Below the pieces are notes generated by a model that was not told the DNA's origin, made no database searches, and saw only the letters and a program-made list of their open reading frames with translations. The translations under genes were made by a program, and so were the position numbers. From Bryobacteraceae bacterium (GTDB lineage: Bacteria; Acidobacteriota; Terriglobia; Bryobacterales; Bryobacteraceae), in the NCBI GenBank assembly GCA_035293725.1, contig DATGMH010000092.1:24391-88390 (forward strand): 64,000 nucleotides of DNA. The letters are read 5' to 3'. How positions within the stretch are numbered: the stretch's first letter is position 1; the number at the start of each line of letters is the position of its first letter. Of the stretch, positions 36,951-44,769 are shown piece by piece.

Positions 36951-39797
36951 ATGAGTGATCGCGCACAATGGCTTTTCGATTTCGACGCCTCCGCGACAAG
37001 CGTGGACGTGGACGGTCTCGTGCCGGTCAACGGTTATACCCCTCACGGCCGCCCTCCCGAAGAAGTCGCCATGATGGAAAAGGCCGCCGCGTATCGGGCG
37101 CACGCGGTATTCTTTGAAGCTGGCCGTAACGGCGGGCCGCCCGTTGCACAAGCCTTCGTATTTGTGTCGGACGGCCCGGCAGACGATCCCCAGTTCGCCG
37201 AAATGCACCAGCGCCTCTGGTCGTGGGGCTGCGTGCCGCTCGTGTACCGCAAGACGCCGGGCCTCGTGCAGCTCTTCCGGTGCGCGCATAAGCCGGATTT
37301 CGTGTCCGCGACCGGCGAACGTGTGTGCAAGCCGTTCAAAACTCTGAAGACTGCGGGAGCCATAAGCGACGATCCCTGGTGGGATTCAGCCAGACTGCGC
37401 AACGGCACGCTTTGGGACGATCCAGCGGTCTGCAAAATGATGCTGTCGGCGAGCAAGTCCGCCCACAAGCGCCTTATCGACGCCGTCAGGCAGCTCAATG
37501 CCGACCTGAACGAAGAAGGCATCCTAAAGAAGCATCTCCGGCGCAAGCTGCTGATTCTCTCGCTGCTCATAGCCTACTTGGAGGAGCGCGGTGTGCTCCT
37601 CCCGGATTACTTTGGACAGTTCCATAAGGGAGCGTCGAAGTTTTTCGAAATACTGGCCCGCGGCGACGCCCTGGTAAAGCTGCTAGGGGCGCTGGAAGAG
37701 AGATTCAACGGTAACGTGTTCACGCTGGAAACGGCCGACCGTCGGTCCCTGCGAGGCAATAGCCAGCTCGCCCGGTTCGCCCGACTGATCGAAGGCCGGG
37801 AGGAGTTGGACGGGCAACTGACGCTGTGGCAGCTTTATTCATTCAAGGACCTGCCGGTAGAGCTGATCAGCCACATCTATCAGTTGTTCGTGAATGATTC
37901 CAACACCTCGGTGTACACGCCGCCGTTCCTCGTTCGTCTGATGCTGGACGAAGCGTTGAGCTGGAAGAGGCTCGACCGCCTTCAGCAGAAGAACGAGATC
38001 ATCCTCGATCCCGCCTGCGGATCGGGCGTCTTCCTCGTCGAAGCATACAAGCGGCTGGTTCTGCACTGGCGCAGCCGGAATGGGTGGAAGCAGCCGACCA
38101 TCACGGTGCTCAAGGGCCTGCTCAAGAAGGTCCACGGCGTGGATTTGGAAGAAGGGGCCGTGGAGCTCGCCGCGTTCAGCCTGTGTCTGGCGCTGTGCGA
38201 TGCGCTTGAGCCGGAGACTATACGCGCCAGCATCAAGCTTTTTCCACTTCTCGCGGGAAAAACCCTGCATCACTGTTGCTTCTTCCAGGCGAAGGAAGAC
38301 GGCCTTATCAAGGAACCCATCGGCCTCGTGACGGGCAATCCCCCTTTTACCTCTAGTCTCGGTACTCCCGGCGCGGAACGCAGTTACCGGCGTTACGAGT
38401 CCACACACGGTTCCCTGCCGGATAAGCAACTGGCGTATCTCTTCCTGCACGAAGCAATGGAAATGGTCGCTGAAGGCGGTGCGATTAGCATGCTTCAGCA
38501 ATATAACTTCCTGTACAACCAGCAGTCGCTCGCTTTCCGGCGCGACTTCATCGGCAAATGGGATGTGCGGGAGATCCTCGATTTCGTTTCGGTGCGCGGC
38601 CTCTTTCATAAAGGTGGAGCAGACACCAAGGTAATCGTTGTGCTCTCGGAGGCGGTAAAGCCGCCCGCCGACAGGCGAATCCTTCACGCTACCTTCCGGC
38701 GAAGCGGACGTGTCGATGCCGAGCAGGGCTTTGACATCGACTACTACGACCTGCATTGGTTGCCTCGGCAACTCGTGTTGGAAAACGACGGCGTATGGAG
38801 GAGCGATTTACTAGGTGGCGGCCGGGTTCTGGGATTTGTTGACCGATTAAGACAATTCCGAACTCTGGAGCAATTCGCGGAAAGCAGGGGATGGGACTAT
38901 GGCGAGGGATACATTGCAGGCGGACAGAATATCTCCCGCCCGGCGGGGCATATCATTGGCAAGCCCTTGCTACCTTCTGATGCACTGACATCAGAAGGAA
39001 TCGATGTCGCAGCGATAACGATAGCTCCAAAACAACCCATTGAAGGGCCACGCTCAGAAAGAAGGTTTACGCCTCCGATGCTTCTTGTGCGTGAGAACAT
39101 GAACCTGCCCCACGATGTCTGGGAGAAGCACTATCTCACGTTCAAGGCCCAGCTTGTAGGTTTCGCCGCGCCACCCGAGGACCTTCAAAGCATCCGCAAC
39201 GCTGGAGCGTGGTTGAGTGAGACGAAACGGCCCCTTCAGGCTTACGTTGCGGCAATTAGCACGAGCCTGTTTTCTAGGAGGGCGACTGCAGTTTGCGCCG
39301 ATGAAATACTTGCGCTTCCGTATCCAGAGTCCGCCTCTCTTGATCTCAGTGCCAACGAACAGATCCTCGTCGATGACATTACTGATTATTACCGCGATCT
39401 GATACGGCTGGGCGAGGACTCGCAGGCGATGAAGGAAAGCGGCCTTCCGGCGCTTACCGCATTTGCGGCGACCTTCACACGGCAGATCAATGCAATCTAT
39501 AAGCAAAACCCACTTCGGACCCTGAAGCCCTATGCATGGCCTGGCGCGATGTGTCTGCCGTTCGTTTTTGGCGACGGCAAAGTGGATTGGAACGGAGCGG
39601 AGGAGCTGAAAGGAAAACTGGATTCCCTCCTGTATGAACAACGCAATACGACGCTCCATGTCACGCGCATAGCGCGCATTTACGACGTCTCGTTTATATT
39701 CCTGCTGAAACCGGAGCCGGTTCGTTACTGGTTGCGCTCCACGGCGTTGCGCGACGCCGATGAGACATTGTCCGATCTGCGAGCGCAGGGGTTTTGA
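36951..39797 (+). CDS. N6-adenine DNA methyltransferase (Eco57I/type IIG-like) with a ~330-aa unassigned N-terminal domain and a large C-terminal region
   Basis: ILDPACGSGVFLVEAYKRL (motif I) and NPPF at 38337-38348 (motif IV). I recognise no nuclease or helicase motif in the N-terminal third. Confidence 0.8.
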   Translation: MSDRAQWLFDFDASATSVDVDGLVPVNGYTPHGRPPEEVAMMEKAAAYRAHAVFFEAGRNGGPPVAQAFVFVSDGPADDPQFAEMHQRLWSWGCVPLVYRKTPGLVQLFRCAHKPDFVSATGERVCKPFKTLKTAGAISDDPWWDSARLRNGTLWDDPAVCKMMLSASKSAHKRLIDAVRQLNADLNEEGILKKHLRRKLLILSLLIAYLEERGVLLPDYFGQFHKGASKFFEILARGDALVKLLGALEERFNGNVFTLETADRRSLRGNSQLARFARLIEGREELDGQLTLWQLYSFKDLPVELISHIYQLFVNDSNTSVYTPPFLVRLMLDEALSWKRLDRLQQKNEIILDPACGSGVFLVEAYKRLVLHWRSRNGWKQPTITVLKGLLKKVHGVDLEEGAVELAAFSLCLALCDALEPETIRASIKLFPLLAGKTLHHCCFFQAKEDGLIKEPIGLVTGNPPFTSSLGTPGAERSYRRYESTHGSLPDKQLAYLFLHEAMEMVAEGGAISMLQQYNFLYNQQSLAFRRDFIGKWDVREILDFVSVRGLFHKGGADTKVIVVLSEAVKPPADRRILHATFRRSGRVDAEQGFDIDYYDLHWLPRQLVLENDGVWRSDLLGGGRVLGFVDRLRQFRTLEQFAESRGWDYGEGYIAGGQNISRPAGHIIGKPLLPSDALTSEGIDVAAITIAPKQPIEGPRSERRFTPPMLLVRENMNLPHDVWEKHYLTFKAQLVGFAAPPEDLQSIRNAGAWLSETKRPLQAYVAAISTSLFSRRATAVCADEILALPYPESASLDLSANEQILVDDITDYYRDLIRLGEDSQAMKESGLPALTAFAATFTRQINAIYKQNPLRTLKPYAWPGAMCLPFVFGDGKVDWNGAEELKGKLDSLLYEQRNTTLHVTRIARIYDVSFIFLLKPEPVRYWLRSTALRDADETLSDLRAQGF

Positions 39798-39806
39798 AGC
39801 ATATCT

Positions 39807-40523
39807 ATGCTGGCCGATACCCCGGATACTTCAGCTCAGTTCGGCACTCTCAGCAGCGATGTGCAGAAGCCCTCGACGTTCCGGCATGAGCTGATTGACT
39901 TCATTGCCGGTGAGCTGCCCCGCTGGCGGGACCGCCCCGACCGTCCGGCAGCGACGGCAGAGATAAGTCTAACATCGCAACTCTGCGGACACTTGAACGG
40001 TGCTAGCCGGCACACTCCGGGTTTCGACATTCTGCAGTTTCGGGTGGAAGAGCAGGATGAACAGCAGCGCGGGCGAAAAATCGATATGGTTGCCTCTCCG
40101 TGCGGGGCATCCATTTGCGTGGAGGGCCGCAGGCACACGGAATTCGACAGCTTAATGCCGATCGAGTGTAAAAGGCTACCCACCCCGAAGGGCATCGACC
40201 GCGACGAGCGGGAATATGTCATCAGCCGCTACTCCTCGACGGGGGGTATTCAGCGCTTCAAGGAGGGAAATCATGCGAGTGCCCATACGTTTGGGGCGAT
40301 GATCGGGTACTTGCAGGAGGAGGCGACGGCGGTGTGGGATACGCGCTTGGCAGGATGGATCAACGAATTGGCAGGCGTAGAGCCCGGCTGGACGACATTC
40401 GACCTGCTTCATCTGGACCACGAAGACAAGACTTTGCGCTTGGCTGTGTTCCGTTCCTCTCACGGAAGGAAAAAGGGGCTGGCGGCGATAGAACTGCGCC
40501 ACCTTTGGCTGGAGATGAATTAA
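39807..40523 (+). CDS. hypothetical protein, candidate PD-(D/E)xK nuclease partner of the upstream methyltransferase
   Basis: Starts 10 nt after the methyltransferase stop. KIDMVASP (D93) ... MPIECKRL (E120-C-K122). This is a motif-level guess only. Confidence 0.4.
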   Translation: MLADTPDTSAQFGTLSSDVQKPSTFRHELIDFIAGELPRWRDRPDRPAATAEISLTSQLCGHLNGASRHTPGFDILQFRVEEQDEQQRGRKIDMVASPCGASICVEGRRHTEFDSLMPIECKRLPTPKGIDRDEREYVISRYSSTGGIQRFKEGNHASAHTFGAMIGYLQEEATAVWDTRLAGWINELAGVEPGWTTFDLLHLDHEDKTLRLAVFRSSHGRKKGLAAIELRHLWLEMN

Positions 40524-40582
40524 TCGGGGAGAAATGGTCTCGGAACCGAGAATCGCCGTGTAGAAGATGAGGTAATAGATAA

Positions 40583-40860
40583 TTGTTCGACCCAACGTTA
40601 AACGGCATAATGGCCCAGGTCGAGGCTGGCAAGATCGTCCTGCCGGCGATGGAGCGGCCCTTTGTCTGGAAAGACGACAGGATCACCAAGCTTGTGGACA
40701 GCCTGTTGAGCGGATTTCCAATTGGAACGGCATTGTTGTGGAAGACGGCGACTATGCAGCGCTTTCGCCGGTTTCGGAAAGACGTGCAACTGGATGGGGG
40801 CATCACCGTAGATTTCCACAGCGACCAAGACCTGGTGATCGGCCATGGAATCAGATACTT
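40583..40860 (+). pseudogene. N-terminal remnant of a DUF262 (GmrSD/ParB-nuclease-like) protein
   Basis: IVLPAMERPFVWKDDRITKLVDSLLSGFPIGTALLW matches the DUF262 opening (..FQR.YVW....L.DS...G.PIG.L..W). Recognisable similarity is lost after ~90 aa, and the rest of the ORF is antisense to the XRE gene. Confidence 0.55.
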
Positions 40861-40948
40861 AGCGCGCCTACTCTGGCGATCACACCCCCAACATCGTCGA
40901 CTGAGTCCAGATGTTCCCACCGAATCAATCGCCGTCACCGGCGCTGCT

Positions 40949-41248
40949 TCATCCGCGCTTCGACTCACTGCGCCGGAACTGCCGCTCGCGCTCCTTCACC
41001 CAGCGCTCCATCTGACCAGCCAGCTCGGTGAGAGAAACTTCGAGCACATCGGCGATCCGCCATAGCCGGCTCACGGTCGGATTGATGATTCCGCGCTCTA
41101 CCCGGCTGATATAGGTCCGGTCGAAGCCGCAGTCGGCGCTCACGCGTTCTTGGGAATGACCGGCGCGCTCCCGCAGCTCGCGCACGACGGCGCCAATCGC
41201 TCTCAGTCGGAGATCGCTCGGGTGGATCTGCTTTTGGCGCCGTTGCAT
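40949..41248 (-). CDS. XRE-family HTH transcriptional regulator
   Basis: LRLRAIGAVVRELRERAGHSQERVSADCGFDRTYISRVERGIINPTVSRLWRIADVLEVS. Confidence 0.8.
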   Translation of the reverse strand: MQRRQKQIHPSDLRLRAIGAVVRELRERAGHSQERVSADCGFDRTYISRVERGIINPTVSRLWRIADVLEVSLTELAGQMERWVKERERQFRRSESKRG

Positions 41249-41461
41249 CCGCAGATCCGAGGGTGATACTTTGAGGCGTATCAGCCAACGGCATATACGC
41301 CTCATTTTCGATCTTCGGGAGTCCGGTCCTCCACGAATCGCGCGTCAAGCTCTCGCGCGAATGCAACTTTTCCGTGCCACAGTGGCCGTTTTGGTGTATC
41401 TTATGTTGAGCCTCCCCGACATTGAAGTCGCTTTCCCCTGAGGATCGCTGGTGAACTGCCT

Positions 41462-41974
41462 ATGAGGAGGAAGACCGCTCAGCTCCGCGAAGCCGAAGCT
41501 GCCCTTGGCGCCGAATCGCAGCGCTTGGCTGAGGTGCAATTGAAGCACGTGGATGCCGAGCGCCTGGCCCAAACGATTACGGATTACATTGAATGGCGCA
41601 CATTCGCGTACTGGATGCGCCTACTCGTGGAAGCAGACGGAAGCGTCTCCGACGAAATGAAGCGAATTCTGGAACAGCGTTGTCCAGGATGTCCAGGATT
41701 CCTTCAGTACGCCGACGATTACCGACGAGCTCATCCGAACGAGCGGGAATTCCTGTGGTTACGTTTTATTTCGTGGATCGATGAGGAGATCTTCAGCTTC
41801 GCTAGGACTGAAGGTTGGCAGCATGCGCTTGGTTATTTTGCCGCTCGGGATTCTCGTCTGGACCGCGTGCGCGCGTACTGGTCGCTCTGCGATCACGATC
41901 GAGCCCAGAACCGTCGCGAGCGGCTGACGGCCTTTGAGGAATGGCGTCGGGTAGCTTTGGCTCATGCTCCATAG
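41462..41974 (+). CDS. hypothetical protein
   Basis: 170-aa ORF divergent from the XRE gene, with no recognised domain. Its 3' end overlaps the convergent ORF 41802..43202. Confidence 0.45.
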   Translation: MRRKTAQLREAEAALGAESQRLAEVQLKHVDAERLAQTITDYIEWRTFAYWMRLLVEADGSVSDEMKRILEQRCPGCPGFLQYADDYRRAHPNEREFLWLRFISWIDEEIFSFARTEGWQHALGYFAARDSRLDRVRAYWSLCDHDRAQNRRERLTAFEEWRRVALAHAP

Positions 41975-43202
41975 CCTGCTCCTCGTCTTCACCCTCCTCA
42001 CCCTTTGCATTCACCTCTTCGAGCCATCCTCGATCCGCGCGATCCCAGTTGATCTCGTCTCCGTGCTCTTCAAGAAATGCTCTTAAGACACGATCTTTGA
42101 TGCGCCGATTGCGGCCCAACTTAAGCCACCCCTTCTCGATCCATCCACGCACAATCGGCGCGCGGACGTGCAGTTTGCGGCACAGTTCGCGCTGACTGTG
42201 GTCGGCTTCATAGCGCGCCGTCAGGCCTTCTTCCCAAATCTTGCACCACACGGCATTCTCGGTACGGCCAAGCTCGTGCGCGATGGCTCTTACTGGAACA
42301 TGGCAAATCGACTGCACCAGGAAATTTCGGTCGGCCTCGGTCCACGGCACACGCCCGCCCCGTGGTTCAATGGGCACGCCCAACTTGTGTGCGCGGCGGA
42401 CGACGGCTGCTCGCGACCAGCCCGTCTTTTGGCAAATTTCCGATACAGCGGCACTGAGTCCGACGATTGACGAGCGGGCCAGCAACTCCTCCTCTAATTC
42501 ATCGGTCCACTTGTATCGCATTCCCTTCTCCCGCTTACCAATGGCTCGTTTACGGAGCCTTCGAACGCGCGCCCAAATCACTTCGACTCGTAGCTCTCGA
42601 AACTCCCGTTCCACTTTGCCGACCGCTTTGAAGACTGCCTGGCCGCCAGCTTTGAGTCCGGCTATCAGGATCGGATCGATGTCGTGCCAAAAGCCGTTGC
42701 ACAAGAATGCGGGTAGCCCCTGATTCGCAAGCTCTTCCATTCGCTGCTGCAAAATCTGCGAATCCAGCCATGGCCAGGTGTCGCAGAGTCGTTTAATGAC
42801 ATCGCCCTGACCGTTACGACCGTTATGAATTCCTTCCAGCAAAACCAGGTCGATTTCCTTCATCCAAAACGCGGCAGTGGACCATTGAGGGGAACCCTCT
42901 GGAGTGCTCGCCGCGAGCTTGGCCTTGATAGCGGCCGTCTTCATCTTCGGATGTAGCGCGCGAATCAATTCTTCGGACCGGCTGCGCGCTAAGTCCTCGG
43001 AACCCGCGGCGAGAATGTCTTTCACCAAAATAGCGTCGCCGTCGGGCAGCCAGAGACCGCCCACCGGGATCGAGTTCATCGAGCTTTGCGCAGTCGCCAC
43101 CGGGCCCCTCCCTAAAACTTGGGGACTAGTCTCCTCCGAGGCGGACGCGAGCATTGGGGACGGAGACCCTCTGAAGGTTGACAAGTATTCCCCCGAGGCC
43201 AT
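41802..43202 (-). CDS. hypothetical multi-HTH (Myb/SANT-like) DNA-binding protein
   Basis: Repeated W-containing HTH-like units (KWTDELEEELL..., PWTEADRNFLV...AIAHELGRTENAVWCKIW, ..LHVRAPIVRGWIEKGWL). Acidic and disordered C-tail. Confidence 0.5.
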   Translation of the reverse strand: MASGEYLSTFRGSPSPMLASASEETSPQVLGRGPVATAQSSMNSIPVGGLWLPDGDAILVKDILAAGSEDLARSRSEELIRALHPKMKTAAIKAKLAASTPEGSPQWSTAAFWMKEIDLVLLEGIHNGRNGQGDVIKRLCDTWPWLDSQILQQRMEELANQGLPAFLCNGFWHDIDPILIAGLKAGGQAVFKAVGKVEREFRELRVEVIWARVRRLRKRAIGKREKGMRYKWTDELEEELLARSSIVGLSAAVSEICQKTGWSRAAVVRRAHKLGVPIEPRGGRVPWTEADRNFLVQSICHVPVRAIAHELGRTENAVWCKIWEEGLTARYEADHSQRELCRKLHVRAPIVRGWIEKGWLKLGRNRRIKDRVLRAFLEEHGDEINWDRADRGWLEEVNAKGEEGEDEEQAMEHEPKLPDAIPQRPSAARDGSGLDRDRRATSTRARGPDENPERQNNQAHAANLQS

Positions 43203-43403
43203 GGTCGACCTCGGTTTTGTGTCCTGCTGAATTAAGAGGTGCTCGTAACCAGAAACGTCACCTTGCCGTCAATCTGGCAGAACGCCCCTTTTTTCAGGGC
43301 AAAAGCGTTTACACGAGGAAACATCACTTTGGGGTGAGGTTCATCTTCATCGAGTCCTCTTTAGAGTGAGGAGACCGTTCGATCCGGTCGTTCGGCGTTT
43401 TCC

Positions 43404-44003
43404 ATGGAACCGCGGCAAGACGCGCAGACCAGTTTTTGGATTCGGCAGCAGGACAGCCTCGGGAACAAGATCGATCAGCGGATTATCGAGGCGGCCCACC
43501 GGATTTGGGATCGGGCGCGATTGATTGTAATCCGGTATCTCGCGGACGACGCGGAGGCGGCGGAAATCCTCGAAACCGCTGTCGATTCGACGTCGCGAAG
43601 CATGAACAATCAAAACAGAATCGAGTGCTTCGACGGTTATTTGCTAAGGTCCGTCGCGCGTGAAGCAATTCGACGCCTGCGCAGATATCGAAGGATTTCC
43701 TACGTGGACAACGGCAGCCTTGAACGGCTTGCCGGTCCCATCTCCACGAACATCGAGCAAAAACTGGACGAAAAGAAACAAATTGAGTTGATTCGAGCCT
43801 GCATGGATGAGGTCTGTCTGAAAATGTTCGACCTTCGTGTCCTCGAACGCAGCTGGCGTTCCATCGCTAAGGAAATGGGCTATTCGAATGCCCACACTGC
43901 GGAAGTCCAGTTCGCCAAACGACTTGACCAGGCGCTAAGGCGAATGCGCCTCCACCACGGTTCGCGACTCAAGCGACCGCTGAACGAAGATTCTGATGAA
44001 TAG
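43404..44003 (+). CDS. ECF-type sigma-70 family sigma factor (divergent)
   Basis: Region-2-like DAEAAEILETAV...YLLRSVAREAIRRLRR and region-4-like LKMFDLRVLERSWRSIAKEMGYSNAHTAEVQFAKRLDQALRRM. Confidence 0.65.
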   Translation: MEPRQDAQTSFWIRQQDSLGNKIDQRIIEAAHRIWDRARLIVIRYLADDAEAAEILETAVDSTSRSMNNQNRIECFDGYLLRSVAREAIRRLRRYRRISYVDNGSLERLAGPISTNIEQKLDEKKQIELIRACMDEVCLKMFDLRVLERSWRSIAKEMGYSNAHTAEVQFAKRLDQALRRMRLHHGSRLKRPLNEDSDE

Positions 44004-44742
44004 AGGCAATCAATTCGCGTCTCGCAAGCAGGTGAACGAAATCGTCGCGCTGGGCAGACAGTGCGCTCGTACGGCTTATCCTAACCCCCGGCGCGAGGGA
44101 TGCCCCGATGCTTCGAAGTTGCGAGCCATCGCGTATCGTGATCGCCGGTACAACTTGGCCGACCTTCCGATCTCACATGTGGTCACCTGCTCGCCATGCT
44201 TCAGACAATACCTGCGCTTTCGGTACCGATTAATTTTATTGACGACAGCTCAGGTCGCTACCGCGTGTGTAGTTTTGGTCGCCGCCATCCTTGTGTCCGC
44301 AAGATTTCTGCGGGACCATACCACCACAGCGGTCCCGCCGGCGATTACGCAAAACGAACATCGGCCGGGAGGGGCGCAGCCGGCTGAGACGACAGAGAGG
44401 CGTAATCCGCCGTTTGCACTTCAAGTAAGCCTCTCGGCCTTTTCGCCTGTGCGCGGCGACGATTCAAAAAGCTCGCCCACGAAGATCCACCTCCCGGCGA
44501 AATCTCTTCGGATCACATTTCTTTTGCCGTTCGGCATGGAACCGCGGGCCTACACCATCCGAGTGCTGAATTCCGACGGTAAGGAAATCTTGCAACAGGC
44601 CGTTGTGGCGCGGTTACAAGATGGGCTTGCATCGTTCGACGTGGAACTGGATCTCGAGAAGGCGACCGCGGGAACTGAATTGACCCTGCTGATTCGAGAG
44701 CCTGGCCTGAGCTGGCGAAGATACCCAATGGTGGTGGATTAA
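43996..44742 (+). CDS. anti-sigma-like single-pass membrane protein
   Basis: Overlaps the sigma gene by 8 nt. Cys-containing N-domain (CPDASKL...VVTCSPCFRQYL), a TM segment LILLTTAQVATACVVLVAAILV, and an extracytoplasmic C-domain. Confidence 0.55.
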   Translation: MNRGNQFASRKQVNEIVALGRQCARTAYPNPRREGCPDASKLRAIAYRDRRYNLADLPISHVVTCSPCFRQYLRFRYRLILLTTAQVATACVVLVAAILVSARFLRDHTTTAVPPAITQNEHRPGGAQPAETTERRNPPFALQVSLSAFSPVRGDDSKSSPTKIHLPAKSLRITFLLPFGMEPRAYTIRVLNSDGKEILQQAVVARLQDGLASFDVELDLEKATAGTELTLLIREPGLSWRRYPMVVD

Positions 44743-44769
44743 CAAACTTTCCTGGAAAGCGAGGAGACG

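Noticed and set aside
36771-36958. C-terminal extension of the 1177-aa ORF overlapping the next gene's start
   Set aside because: It is a product of reading through in the wrong frame after the frameshift. The conserved tail ends at stop 36768-36770 in the +1 frame.
40360-40968. 202-aa minus-strand ORF
   Set aside because: Antisense to the 39807 gene and the DUF262 remnant, with no motifs.
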